A DNA stretch of 64,000 nucleotides from Marsupella aquatica. Lineage: Eukaryota > Plantae > Marchantiophyta. The stretch is taken from contig OZ316892.1 of NCBI GenBank assembly GCA_973895155.1, positions 13,451,270 through 13,515,269 on the forward strand. The letters run 5' to 3'. This document shows positions 1-13,927 of the stretch, in pieces (positions within the stretch are counted from its first letter, which is position 1; the number at the start of each line of letters is the position of its first letter). The position numbers and the translations under genes are program-made. The notes beneath the pieces were generated by a model. It was given only the letters and a program-made list of their open reading frames with translations. It searched no databases and had not been told where the DNA came from.

Positions 1-771
1 AGAGGGACATTTTTGTAAATATAATAAAACTATGATAGTATTGTAAAAATTAGAATATCGTTTAGTGGCAAAGTAGTAAGAAGTTGTAGATTCAAAATGG
101 ATGAAATAGCAAAGAAGGCAATACTCATAGGTTGAAATGAGAATGAAAACAATAACCAAAGAAAAATTGAGCTCAGGAGAGATATGCCATACTGAGTGTC
201 ACATTTACCCGTTAAACCGCCACTGTCCCTCGCCAAAATGTGGATCCACCACATTGCTTTATATAGGCCTACTTCAGGTCCGGGCATTCCCGACTGTTTC
301 GGCCCAGGTAGCTTTTTGGACCGGTCAGCTGTCCAGCTGTCCCAGTGACCTTACTTGTATAGAGGGCACGATTTGATGAAGCCTAGGTGGGGCAAGTCCT
401 CTCGTCCATCCTGCGCTGAGTGGGCGATCCTTTTTCTCCTCCCATGCTGCGCGGTGCGTCCACAGCAGAATCGATCGATCATTTTCTGTCGTGTTTTTGC
501 GCGACTGTTCACAGCTGCCTCTGTTTCTGGCTATGGTTGTGTCGTCGGTAGGAGCTGCCTCTGTTTCTCTCTATTCATAGCTACTGCCGCCAAAGTCCAA
601 GCGACTTTATATGAATCGAGCAGATGAAGGCGACTAAGCCCTGATCGAGCTTTTCAACTTCTGTAGGAGCATTAACTAATCTGGCGTTGTTCATTTCGTG
701 CACACACATGTGCTGGTAATATGATCTGTGAAGTATGCAGTTCATTGTTTTGGCTTTGTAGATCATGTAGA

Positions 772-877
772 GCGGAGTGACTTCTTATCAGTTCCGGGAT
801 CGATTTGCCCCAACAGAATGTGAAGCGGAGTGACTTCTTATCAGTTCAGGGATCAATTTGCCCCAACAGAATGTGAA
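772..877. repeat. Tandem duplication, 2 x ~53 bp
   Basis: GCGGAGTGACTTCTTATCAGTTC.GGGATC.ATTTGCCCCAACAGAATGTGAA occurs twice back-to-back. Confidence 0.85.
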
Positions 878-3839
878 ATCCTTGTTGGCTGGAGCGCATT
901 TCAAGTTTGTGTTGATTTTCCTATTAGCTCCCACAATATTTCAAAGTAGTGCTCTCTGAGGAAATCACACTTGCTGCTATCATGCTCAAGGCAGTCAAAG
1001 GAAGTGAAGCAGGAATTGAAAAGGAATGACCAATTGAAGAATTATATATTGCCTTCAAACGATCGCAAGTTAATTACATCACAAAGCTCTGTTCTAAATT
1101 TTCAAATATGCTTCCAACATAAGCCAAATAGAAACCTCCATTCACCACGTCTAAGTGAATCGACATCCTTCATGGTAAAAAATGTTTCGCAATCCCTATG
1201 CTGAGCACAAGAGTCGATTGGAATCCTTTTCTTGTAAGTCATCACAGATAAATGAATTACAGTACATATTCAAACGCCGATGTATCAAAATCCCAATTGG
1301 AATGTGACACTGTGATTGACTTTGACGTTCATAGACATGGCATTGTTCTTACCAGACACTGTAGAATTTAAACGGAAAGAGTGACACTACCGATAGACTA
1401 AAGTGAAATTGATAGAAATTATGGAACTTCTCAATCGTCAACTTCCTGATGTCCCCAAGTAGTATAGCAATGCTGCAAAAGAGTCTCTGGCACATTAGAG
1501 GTGAGGAAGAGCAACAGCCAATGTGAAGTGGAAGGCACAAGAGCTTCAGCTCTAGTGAACTCCGATCCTCTTTATAATGAGAACATGTCATTCTCCCATT
1601 CTACGAGAACTACTCGGCCACTCCTTGCAAGGGTCTTTTGCATACGTCTGGACGAGTGCATCACCAAATCGGGAATGCTAGGAATCAATCTGAGGCCATT
1701 CACTCTCAATTACTTGGCCTCCCATCCCGGCGCCCATCCAATGAAGCTCACTTACATTGCGCTACTATGGCCAGTGATGCTCACTTACTGGTGCTCATTA
1801 TAGAATGCCTCGCCCATGCCTGCCGTGGCCCATGCCTGCTGTGAACGGCCGTTCACAGCTCACACAGGCTGTGTATGTATATAAACTAGCTCCGACTACC
1901 CGTTCTTTGAACATCAATAGCGATGAGGACCAAAAATTGCTTGAGACAAAATAGATTTGAGAAATTAATAAGAATAGTGTATCAAAAGACATAGGGAAAC
2001 CCCACTTGGCTTTATTTGCCTTTCTGAAAGTGTCAACAGTCTTGCCAATGCTCAATGATGCTCGTGCTAGTCCCTGAAATTCATATGGCTCTTCAACTTC
2101 ATATGAGAGATCTACTCTTTCGATCAAAAGACATTCTTCTCGTCTTGGTTCATTGATGCGATAGTTTGCCCTCCATTTATGATAAGGGTAGAATACACAT
2201 GCCTAAAAATAAAATGAAAAGTCAAATTAGATACATATGATCCATTTTCAATAGCAAACAAAATTGAATTATACATTTTGCTTATAAAATAGAGAAGAGT
2301 GACAAAATTAGTAATATCTATAGAAATGATTTGTCCAACCGAGGTTGACAAATTAGTAATATCATTCAAAACACTTTGGTTTGCCATTGTTGTACACATC
2401 TAGATCATTTATATCTACAATATAGAGAAGAACAAATTTGCCATAAGAAAATGTATCAAGTATAAATGATTGCTCAAATTTATTAATAAAATGATTGTTA
2501 TCAACCATGACATACAAAGCCCTGTTTTACATGACTCAAGTATTTTCTATCTCAGATGCCTCTATCTCAGACCATCATTTATCTCGGATGCCTCTATCTT
2601 GGACCAAAATCTATAGTTTTAGGAATCTAAAATCTATCACTAATTTGATATGTTGTGATGGTCACTTCACCATGATATCTCACTTTGTCTTGGTGAAAGG
2701 GATGAAAGGAAAGGTTGGGGCAAAATTGCTTAGCTCATAGCTCTATTGTCATTGACTACTACGACCCAAAATCCATTGAGCTAATACCAGCTTGCTTCCC
2801 ACAGAGTTCACCAAATATTGATGCTATCTCTCGACCATGAACTGCAGCACCAAGCTCCTACATTAAGAAGTTCTACATTAATTTAGCTGGGAAGAAGAGA
2901 GCTTGCCAAAAATGAGAATACAAAGCCAATGAACATAATCAATGTAGCTCAGGCAATACCTGGGAGGACTGATTCAAACCAATTCAAGCAAGAACTGCAC
3001 GAGTGGAAAGAACTCATTACAAACTCAGATGTGCCAGATCTTTGCCTGTCTCCTTTTCTCTTACCTCGGGGACACTGCCACCTTGACTGGTTATGGAGGG
3101 CGTCTTGACTTGGTGGGAAATTGGGCATGATTCTAATTCCAATTCATTTCTTCACAGGAGCTTTCTGGCAATTTTTGACGACTTCAACGACGTTGAAAGG
3201 CTCTTCTGCGCTCGATCCAATCGGTCAAGGACCATCTCTAGTGTTTAGGGAAGGGCCGAGGCAGGCACTGGCAGGCGGGAAGGAAGGCAGGCATGTCCAA
3301 ACTCCAAAACTTGCTGCTGTTGGATAATGGGCCCCTCTCTGTTAGGTGGGCGGGCTGGCAAGCAGCTACATTGCAAGGCTCGGCAGACAGATTGCGAGGT
3401 CGGTTCGAGGCTAAGATGAATCGATTCCCTACCAATTTCTGCCAAAAGCAACATGAGCTATTGAGGCTGCAACAGACATTGTTGGCAAATGGGACCACTC
3501 ACCTCAATCCGAAGTTGGCGATGGAAGGCAGCAATGACGATGGAAGATGTCCACCTGTGCTTCTTGACCTTGTAACATCAAATTCCTTGCATCAGTCTTG
3601 CCCCAACATGAGAAAATGGCAACATGGATTCCATCACATTCTAGACGTCTGCTCCCTTGCGCTCAATGATAAATCTTCATGAGAACCAAACACAAATTCA
3701 TGCCAAAACTAACCAAAATGGTGGGAGGGAAGGGCTTCAGTTTCAACCCGGATGCGCCTTCTTTCACTTTCAATCCCTTAGCTCCCGCTTTCACTCCTCT
3801 CCCTCCTTTGCCAAGTCTGCTATGGCTTCGCTAAATCTT

Positions 3840-3995
3840 GCACCGACATTCATCCCCGCAGTAGCTCAAATCTCAAATGTAGGTCTACAGCCAGGGCGGA
3901 CCCTCACCAAAGGTGGAGCGAGAAACTTCGTCATCATAGAGGCGACAGGTAAGATCGGGGGCCGAATCCAAAATACCCCATTCCTGAATATAGTC
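3840..3995 (+). pseudogene. Fragment of flavin amine oxidase (polyamine oxidase-like) N-terminal FAD-binding region
   Basis: Translation ..NVGLQPGRTLTKGGARNFVIIEATGKIGGRIQNTPF resembles the PAO motif (G)xSGLxAAxxLxxxGxxxxxxLEAxxRxGGR. The GxGxxG is decayed and no downstream exons were recognised. Confidence 0.55.
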
Positions 3996-5619
3996 AAATC
4001 CGGTTGTTCCCCCAGGGCATGAAGTCAAACTCCGAACCTTCACCTCCTTATTCGAAAATGCCTCAGTCCACCATCATCTTCTTCACACAGATGAAGCCAC
4101 AGTCTTTCAATTAAACTCAAACTCCAGGAATGAAAAGCGAAGTGGGCATCTGGGTCCACAACAATCATCCCAGCCTCTCCTCTCCTCAGTTCTCACTCCC
4201 TTGAACACGCGGCCTTCACCACCTTGAGTCCAGACAGCACTTGAACCCAGACGCGCTACCTGTTTGAATGCCTGTAGTCTTGCTTCTTCCTTCACCGAAT
4301 GCTTGCCATAGCTCTCCACCTCCAAGGCTCTTATGTACTTCCTCTGTAGTGCAACAGCAACATTAGACCGGCCCAATCTTCTTTGACATACGGTTTGATT
4401 TACAGAAACTTCATTTTGTTGGAGGCTTTGCCAAGCTAGAAGCGGGAGACATTGACTGCAACGGTGCAGCTCTGAAGCAGGAAGAAAGGGGAATGAGGAA
4501 TTGGAAGCAGGGAAAAAGCACTGACAGAAAAATTGAAGAAGTGAGAACTGAAAAGGCGAACGCACAGCACAAAGCGTTCTCCAAGGTGAGGTTAAATGAG
4601 AATCCACAGGCAAGAGTTCACATGAAGCACTTCAAAGTCTTAAATAAAGCCAGAAAGCCCTATCCAATCAGAGCACCAGATGCACGGATAGATTAATGAC
4701 GCCAACTAATTATCAAAGCCAATGAACGTGATCAATGTAGAGGCAACTACCTGGGAGGACCGATTGATTTTGTGTACATTTCTATTGTGGATCCATCCCG
4801 TTCGTGCCACCTAGCTCTGAATGGAAGAAGAGCTCCAAACTCATGCACCTTCCGTGCTCAGAATCCCAGTCTGCCTCTTTGGAGATACTGAGGGAGTCGA
4901 CGACATACTCCAGACCAATAGATGGAGTCCCTCCTGGATCCCTGTAGCAAAATCAGACACAAGAAAATAGAGGCAACCAAGCTCAAAGCACGCCGTCTAA
5001 GTGGTTTTGCTTGGAGGTGGTGGGTTGAGCTTAGAAGCATTTGCAACGACAAACAGGATGCCGTTTATCAGCCCTGCACAAATAGGCAACTTCACATTGT
5101 CGGCCGGTGATCACAAATTTTGTTGGACTCTTTCCAAGGCTGAAGTTCAAGTTTGATGTCTCAAAGACTATCAAGCTTACCGAGGAAGTTCTGACCTACG
5201 TTGCTTGATAGTCTTTGACGGCAACGTCTCCAGCAGCTTGATAGTCTGGACGGTAGCATCTCTAGCAGCTTAATTGCTATCCTTGCCTTTTTGTTGAGAG
5301 GAAATGTCGCTTCGGATAAATTTGCAAAACATTGATCAATTCTTATGAGCAGTCCACTCCACTTCCACAAATTCAAAATCAAATTAAGGGCAAAGACAAA
5401 TCAAACGGCGAATCGATCATGCAGCTGATCTTGGACTTCCCTGGCTTGCATTCACATGCACTTCCGTGCTTTCCATGTAACATTGCGGATCGTGTTCCCA
5501 ACTGACAGAGCCAGATCCGCCGCGTTGCTTCTCCTTCCAAACCTATTAGTTTACACTGGCTCACCCTTACTTTCCACCGGCACCCACACCCCTACCCCCC
5601 AATTCTTTTTCCTTACCCC

Positions 5620-5697
5620 CAGAGTTTCGGTCTAGAGGCTTCACTCTAGACCGTAGGTCATGAACATTAGGTTGCACTTCGCGCTTTATTAGTAAGA
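5620..5697 (-). mobile_element. 5' fragment of short non-autonomous Helitron family
   Basis: Reverse complement begins A|TCTTACTAATAAAGCG and contains the TCTAGAGTGAAGCCTCTAGACC motif shared with copies at 24577, 44188 and 59861. Confidence 0.55.
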
Positions 5698-7094
5698 TTC
5701 TCTGCTTCTATTGCTCCTCACTTTTTTGGCTTACAAACATTGCTTCTCACTTCTTTTGGTTTACGACTCGGGAAGAAGGGCATAGTTCAAGTTCTAGTAC
5801 ACTTGCAGCTCGCTTTCTTGTTCCCTTTATCATTCGCTACCCCACTCTTTCGGTTTTTTCTGACGCTCCAGCAAGAAGGGTGTGTTCAACTAGTACTGCT
5901 GTGCTAGTTCACATTTTTTTTGTTCAGCAGTTCAGTTGTTTTCATTCCTTCAAAGACTTACCTGGGTTATTGACGGGGGCAGAGCAATAGACGACAACCT
6001 TGAGGCCCTCAACTCTGCCTAGGTTCTTTCTCTTGCAACAGCTCAAGATTTTCATATGTGTGTGGCATGGGCATACACTGAAACAGTTCCTCATCGATAG
6101 AGGTATGTTGTGTATCAAAAACTAGCATATGTTGCTAGCTTTGCGGATAGAACACCCTTCCCAACAGCAGTCACAGCTGTAGTGCAATCCACCTAGGAGG
6201 TACCAGGCGAACAACATGTGGGTTCTTGATTTTAGGTTTCTACTTTGTATTTTTTCTTTTCATCAATGTTGTTTCGTCATTTGAGTTATTCTTTCATGGG
6301 TTCTTTGTTTCACCAGTTTTGTTCATATTTGTTTCACATGTGCCTCCTTTTCTTTCCCAACTGCAAGTATAAACAACCTGGGAGTTGCTCAGCAAAGACC
6401 ATGTTGGTGTATGCCTTTAGTTTTCATCAATGTTAACTTATTGTTTCAAGGTTTCTTTGTTCTACTATACTATAATTTCATTTTCTTTCTTTGGCATGTG
6501 CCTCCTTTCTCCCGAATGCACTGCAGAACCCGTGGGAATTAGGAGGCAAAAACCACCAGGGTTCCCCTTTTGGTTTTTGGGGTTCTGTTTTTTAATGTAT
6601 CTCTATTTGTTTATTTCCTAGTATTATCATTGTATGGGTTCTTTGTGCTACTTGTTTGGCTTGTGCCTCCTTCCCCCTCCTTTGGGTTGGAACTCCTACT
6701 GGATGGCAACATGGGGGTTCAATTCCCCTATGGAGTATTGTTAAATTATGATAAATATTTGCAATGTATCAACTAAGTTATTTTGCAATGCAATGCCATG
6801 CATGTTACTCTTCTATTATAGGTAGAGCACGTATAGACACTTGGTCCATGGCCATTTTCCAAACTTGTAATACGGCAACACAACTCACCACTTGCATTGA
6901 TGGTGCTAAACCCTAACTTCACATCCTACAATATATATTCTATTACAATTAGAAAATAGATGGCAAGGTGATATATATGGGACAAAAAATATGGCAAATG
7001 AATATAGTATAACCCACAACTTATATATCTCCTTATACAATGTAAAACGCACAACAATGGTGGAAGTTTCTAGCCAAAACAAATGTATCAAGTA

Positions 7095-10000
7095 TCACAT
7101 ATCATAATCTACACCTCTTCCAAATATGATATGGGCCACATCTTTCTTCCACCTGATGCTTCTAGGAACTAGGTCACGAACCTTTGATGTGCGCTGACGT
7201 GTACATGTATTACTAGGCTCTCTTGTTCGAACTCGTACCACCTCTCGACCAATGTTTTCATTCCAGCACATTGCAGCACATGCCATCCAAGCTTCATGGG
7301 TCATGGAAAAATGAATCCTCTTCATAGCATATTTGTTGATGTTTCCATGAAATGTTTCACTAAAAAAAATTTCTCGGGCTCCAGTGTAAAACCGAACATT
7401 GATTGCAGTGACATTCTTTTGCAACCATTGCTTCAAAGCTCTATGTGTAGCGCCCCCCTACAAAATCCGCAAGAATCCATATTTGAAAATATTATAAATC
7501 CCAAAAGATTAGGTAACAATCCAAAAAAATTATTTCTCTCATACACAAATTACAATTCAACCAAGTTTAATCAATAGTAGCCTTTAACTTACCTTCAACA
7601 TAGTATGGCATATATAGTTGCATCTTCCTCACAACACTTGCGAGGAAGGAAAGTTTTGCAGGGTTCATGGTTACCAGCCCAATGATCAGTTGCCGTGATG
7701 ATCTCCCTAGCCAACCTAGTAGCATCATCATTTCCCTTGTAAGTAGTCATTACAATATAATTCAAGAGTTAGTTTAGTTCAAATAATGAAAGAATTGAAT
7801 TGCTTGAATTAATTTGAATGTAACTGAATACCATAGTTACCAATCTACCTTTCTTTTGCATTGCAACAATAATAGTAGAACCAACTCTTCAACTTATCAC
7901 CAAGTTGGTTCTCTGTCAATTCTGGATACTTCAATTGCCTCCTGGTGTGCAATGTGATGTCCTCCTCTGGAAGCCCTTTATGTCTTCCAATGCGGTGCAC
8001 CACTCTGTCTTATTCCATATATGCCTCAATAGGTGGTCCTTGCACCAATCTGACAACACTCAAATAGTGAATCTGCCAAATTTTTGCAAGGATATAGCAC
8101 AATCGATCCCACTAGCAGGTGTTGTTTCTTTCACATTTGCTAGCTCTTTGTTAAATTGCTTCAAAAGATTCTTGCATTTGTGCCATAGATCCTTCTTGTT
8201 ATCAATATTGAGCTCACAAAGAATAGCATCAACTGTGTTGTTATCATCGTGAACAACCTCGTTAATTGTAACTCCAACATCTTGAAGATGTTATAGGGCA
8301 CGACGAACACCAATTGCCTCAATAGTGCCAAAATTCCCAGCCTCAACGCGGTTGATTGTTACAAGCTCTACTACCTTACTAGTAGCCATGTCTATTACAG
8401 GAACAGTGCCATGATATCCAGAACGGGATGAGTTCCAACGACAATCCACATATAAAATTATTGGAGTGGAACCTACAATTATCATAAATTCACAAAATAT
8501 TTAGAAAGCAACATTTACATGCATGCACTAACAACCTAGAATATGTAGTAAATTGATAAACTAATCAAGCAACTTACTAGCTAGATAACAAATGTTTCAT
8601 TAGAAGAAAGATTGACATACCATCTCTTTCTGCTAAGCTTTGTTGCAACCTTTGTTTCTTATGATTCCAGACTTGCAGTACTACTCCAATCCATCCAATG
8701 TCTCTTCTGGCTCCATTTTGAAATCGAAACCAGTGGGTGTTTCTTGGAACATGGATCTTAATGTGAGAAAATAGTTCACATATGATGTTGTGTGTTAGAC
8801 CAGCAGAGAGAGAAAAATGATAAATTAGTCCAGTGATTGCAGGAACACCTGTAATCATGAATAAAACAAGATTTGACTTAAAAACTTTTTGTTTCAAAAT
8901 GCATAATATTAAATTAAAAAAAGTACAATAGTATAAATAAATAGTATTAATTTGAGCAGATGACATACCTCTATGAAGTTCATTCTCTCCAGTCATGAAA
9001 GATTGTGTATGCCCTTTTGGGCACTTCAACTTCAATATCCACAACTGATGGTGTGTCACTATGTCATCAACCAAATACTTATCGACACAACCTTCAACAC
9101 GACAATTCACACAAAATTCCTGGAAAAATTTGTGGACCTTGCTTTTTTGCCAAAAAGCATACTCCACTAGGCTCTGAGGATCTGACTGGGTTGTATTTTC
9201 TTGAGATGATGGCTCGTACTCAAAATCCAAACTGGAGTCAACTTCTATTTGCTCAGAGGAAGTAGATGCCTTGAAAAACACACAATAATTAGTAAGCTAT
9301 GTAAAGATGCAATTAATTTAAAACATATAATTATAACTATGAATTGATGCAAATGACAAAGACAACAATGTGCAAAAATACAAATGATACTTTACTGACA
9401 TTCTCTTCAAACCGAGAATCCATGAAAACCATATTGTCTAATCCAAATGTTGTTGGATCAGCCACTTCCAGCAAACGAATGGCTCCATCCTCATTTGATA
9501 TCTGTTAAGGGTTTAGGGTGCAATATTTGTTTCTTAGTTGAAGGTACAGTAACTTCCATAAAATGAATGCATTACCTATGTAAAGTAAAGTTCCTGATTA
9601 ATCTTGCATCACTTGTCAATTTAGATCTATTCCATGAATAAAGAAAAATAATCCCTTCCCTAGACCCCTAACCAACCTCTACAAATACCATCTTCAATGC
9701 TCAAATGTTTTTGACACCCGCTAAACAAAGTATGGCAATTGATAGAAAAAATAGCGCAAAACTTGATCACTAAACGCCATGGCTAGGGCCAAAGAAGTCA
9801 AAGAAGTAAGCTAAGCATGATATTAGGGTTTAGGGTTTAGGTAAAATAAAAACCCATGAAACATTATATTAGGGAAAAAACTATTGTAACCTCATTTCTA
9901 TTGTATGCAGTTTGGGCAAGGGTGATGACTCAAAAGTTAGTCCTTGTGCTATCATTATTGAAAATTATTCTGTTAGCATATTATGTACAGTATGTGACGT

Positions 10001-10897
10001 TAAAATTTAATCCTTTTTTTATCATCATATTTTGTCATTAATTTGATGTTTGCAAACAAAAAAATCACAGTCTGTGCATTATATTGTACATGTGTACTTA
10101 TTTTATGGAACAAATATAACACAGAACAAAAGGATTAAAAACCGTAAACAAAGTTACCTGGGAATCAGATATCAAAGGGCCATCTTCCATGTTTATGTTG
10201 GAATGCGGAATGTGTTGTGCATCCTCCTCCCCAGACTCAATGTGGTCAGATACACTAGTGTTCAAGTCTGAATCATCTTGCTCTTCGTCTGAAGGTGATG
10301 CCTCATCAGGAATGGATTTGTCATTATTTGGATTGGATGATGATGCACCACAAGATGGCTACAAGACAAAAATACAAACATGGGTAGACAATACTAAATC
10401 ATGATGTACCAAAGACAAAAACTCTAAATTTTGGATAACCCTAATTGTTTTAATACGTCAAAAAGGAGAGATGCTGAAAGAGATTACTCGCATGAAAACC
10501 TAGAAAAACAAGGATTAGTGAAATAAAGCAATCTTGAGACTAGAATGAGAAATAATATACAAAATACCTTGGCAATGATCCCAAATGTTCCCAAGTCATC
10601 TTCATCAGCAAGGTGTTCATCATTTATCCACCCAAAGTCATTAGGGCCCTCACATGCTGGTACTTCCTCTTGAGATCGTCGACACCGACCGCTAATAGCA
10701 GCAGAGATTTGCATGGACATACCATCCATGAGCCAAGCCATCAACTTCCCATGGGACCATTTGGTGGCATCCTGTAAGGCATGGTATGTATGTATATGGC
10801 TTCCAGGAAGCCTACATCGAAGACTGCCCCGAGCTTGGTGATAATCCCTCCTGTGTGGTTGACGTACCATTTGTCCTACTCTGACAACCAAAACCAT
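7095..10897 (-). mobile_element. Decayed, multi-exon DDE transposase gene, Kolobok-like (the 'DGRCDSPG...TDRH...DVWH...LESFH..APKR..LAAL.FNEN' family)
   Basis: Spliced minus-strand exons at approx 10897-10569, 10358-10159, 9501-9400, 9270-8968, 8849-8621, 8473-7830, 7736-7593 and 7436-7095. Motifs in order: LKCPKGH; VPAITGLIYHFSLSAG; VLQVWNHKKQRLQQSL; IILYVDCRWNSSRSGYHGTVPVIDM (D1); EAIGVRRAL*HLQDVGVTINEVVHDDN (D2); DLWHKCK; DHWAGNH; SETFHGNINKYAMKRIHFS..AAMCWNEN (E). In-frame TAA at 8291-8293 and further lesions. Termini not found. Confidence 0.7.
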
Positions 10898-11410
10898 AGT
10901 GACAACAACAAGTTTTTGCTAATTAATAGACGTCCTTATATTTGTCTAGTACCTCAAACATCATGCTTCTTCAAGTCTAGAATGCACTTGTGGATGAAAA
11001 TGCAAGAGTTTAGTTAGCAGGTTCATATATACCTTCCTTCACAACATTGCAAATGCCTTGTATTTGACCCAAATGAGTGCCTTCCTACCGGGCAAGTCCT
11101 GAAACAAAAGTGGGTCATCTCCCTCACCCAATCTGCATTTGACCTGCATGAGTGGCCTGACTTTTGGCAGGTTCTAAAACTGAAATGGTCAGACTATCAT
11201 CCTCTATGATGGGTGAAGGCTAGTTCCCTTTCCATGGCCATCATCGTTGTCAATTGTGACATGAAGCCACTACTGTGTGATAAACCATGGCATCCCGCCC
11301 CTACCCTGTACGTTTTGTGTAAACTGAGAATCGCACCATACAACTAGCCGGTTGTCGTTCAATGTAAACGATCTTGCCCCTACCATGTCATTTTGTGTAC
11401 ACCAAGAATT

Positions 11411-11753
11411 TGTTGAGCATAGACGACACTCGTAACGGTAAGCACATGACACATCCAATGCGCAAGTAGTCGACACAAGATATACGTGGTTCACCTCCTT
11501 GAGGCTACGTCCACGGGAACACACAAGAGAGCTTTATTGAACTCTAAGCCGGTCGGCCTTACCAAGTCTCTACAGTGTAAGCTCTTCTCATCTCTCAAGT
11601 GGCTCCGTAACAATGAGCCTAAGTTCCACTTATCCAAGCAAACACCGCTTGGCATATAGTGAGCATCCTAGTTAACCTGACCACGTCTTTGACTATGGTT
11701 AGTCTAACTATGGTTACATGTCATAACCCTAGATCTTGAGTAAATACCTAACA
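11411..11753 (+). mobile_element. Solo LTR, family A (343 bp)
   Basis: Begins TGTTGAGCAT, ends CCTAACA (TG..CA). Flanks GAATT / AAATT are a 5-bp TSD with one mismatch. Homologous to copies at 24074, 27821, 42096 and 55556. Strand is relative only. Confidence 0.85.
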
Positions 11754-13927
11754 AAATTGCACCAAAGAACTAGCCGGCTTATCTAAGTGTTGAAGTGCAT
11801 GGCGCAAGGAAGGAAAAGCATCGCCGATTCGCGGTTCTCACAAACATTGTGTTTCTTAGGCAGGATGGACAGAGAAGATTACAATAGTTTGGCTACTCTG
11901 CTATGCCGACTGCTTTCCCCTATCGCAAAGGCAGGATACTAAGTATGAATCATAGTTTCATACTCAGTACTCTGCTCACCAACATACTAATGTGCTTTTA
12001 GACAATGTTGCAGCCCTGGTAAAGTTGTCGTATCTTCTGCGCAGCAATGTGCAAACATCATTGTTGCATGTAAATCAGCAAAGAAGTAAATCAAACATGA
12101 TGTTGCCAGTAATGACTTGAGAGAGTGACAACTTGACCTGCAATCATAGCTTATAATAGAGCAATTGATATAGTTGGTGGCTCATCCCAGTAGCAGCTGG
12201 GCTTTGCTTGTCGCATTTTGCATTTTGTGTCTCCAGAAAGATACAGAATTGCATGGCAAGTTGTCAGTTGCCTTTCAATTTGATGAAGATTGATTACACC
12301 AAAATAACCGTGATACTATAATACAGTTGTCAGCAGGGTTCAGCTGAGTCCGGATCCACTTTCTCCGAGAATTACTGTGGGATTGGACATGGTGGCCTAG
12401 CTAGTTTTGGAATTGGCACTACCAGATTCAAAATTGTGTGAAGCTCTTCCGGATCTGGCATGGTGGCTCCGGTTTGGGATTCCAACTCTCTTCTTCCGTC
12501 GACGGCGCCCCATTTGGAAGCAAACAAATTTTTGTGGGCTGCATCTTGGTTTGACATCTGGATTACTAGTTTCGAGAATTGTAGTTATCTCGTTGACGAA
12601 AGGTTGGATCCGGTATAACACCCGGTGTAACATGCAGCTCAATTTGGTATGGTGGCTCTGTTTGGGAATTACCTGCGTGCTCCAAGACGCATCAGCTGGA
12701 ACATTCAAATCTTTGGCACACGGTACCATTTGGCAGTAGTGTGGAAGTTGTTTAGGATTCAAGAGATTGGCAGAACTCCCGCGTCATATCTTTGATGTAA
12801 AAAATCTCAGGTTGGCGACATTTACATGCATGCTTTTCTGATTGTAATAACCACCAACACTACATTCGAAGAGGATGTTCAAGCCGGATCTGTAATCAGG
12901 GTTGTTTTAGGTCTTTGCATATGTAGAAAGAGCGTCGTTCTTGTGCTCACACCAGTGGAAATCAGGCAAGAATAAGGATGATTGAGAAGTTCTTCGGAGA
13001 CATGAACGTGAGGGTTATTTTTTTGATGGGGAAATGGTTGATCCACTATGTTTTGGGTGCGTTACTCACAACGGTACAGCCATCCGCAGAACATAATAAC
13101 AAGGGATCAACAAAGATCCATCTGCTCTATCACATTGCTTATCAGATTGCGCTAGTTTCGTATAGTCGGCTTTAGAAGGCTGCTATTCTGATGATCTAAT
13201 TGCTCGGATCAATTTTCCCTTCATTCAGGTTCTGGATATGCTCAAAAGCGATGTTGAACAAAAAAAGGCAAAGTCCTTGTGTGCGCCGGCCTCCTATGTC
13301 AATTGCTTTCTTCGGCCTCCTATGTCAATGACTAAAAATATGCCAAAGGATGAGGCAATTTTGGTTGCGATAGTTCTTGTGTACTTAGAGAACATGTCAA
13401 TTAGGCCATTCATGCAGAAGAGCACATGCACAAATCCATTTCGATTGAGTGTGTTTTTTCAAGGCCAACACACTCACAAACGTTCATGGCTATGGCAGCG
13501 TGTTTTGCAGCCCCTAAACTCATGAACCATGATACCTACGCATTCACACGAACAAACGAACGATTGACGGCAAGTCCAACACACTTTTTGGACCACTACT
13601 GACCCACCTACTATTGCGGACCACTGGGGCTATGGCAGGGACGCAGTGCCTTGGTTGGGCAGGTTTGGAAGAATGAGCCTTGACCGGCGCTTGGCGCTAG
13701 CACTATTTATATGGACAGTGATGGTTTAATTAAAAGAGAAGAGGCTCAGGGAACTTAAAGCCCCCATGGACACAAACATTTTCATACACGACCGGGATCG
13801 ACACACTGGAATTATAGTGTCACAACAAGACGGATTGACACCTAAAATGTATTCCCGGTCTCTCATTAACGGAGGACTTAACGTAAGTTTAGTGCTTGAA
13901 CTGTTTTTCCATCCTTCCTGCAACCCT

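Noticed and set aside
1349-2127. Coding-like decayed frames on the minus strand
   Set aside because: No recognisable family motif and multiple stops in every frame.
11830-13525. Several 60-120 aa ORFs, considered as a KolX partner of the Kolobok-like transposase
   Set aside because: No Cys/His pattern of a His-Me finger nuclease could be recognised, and the frames are interrupted.
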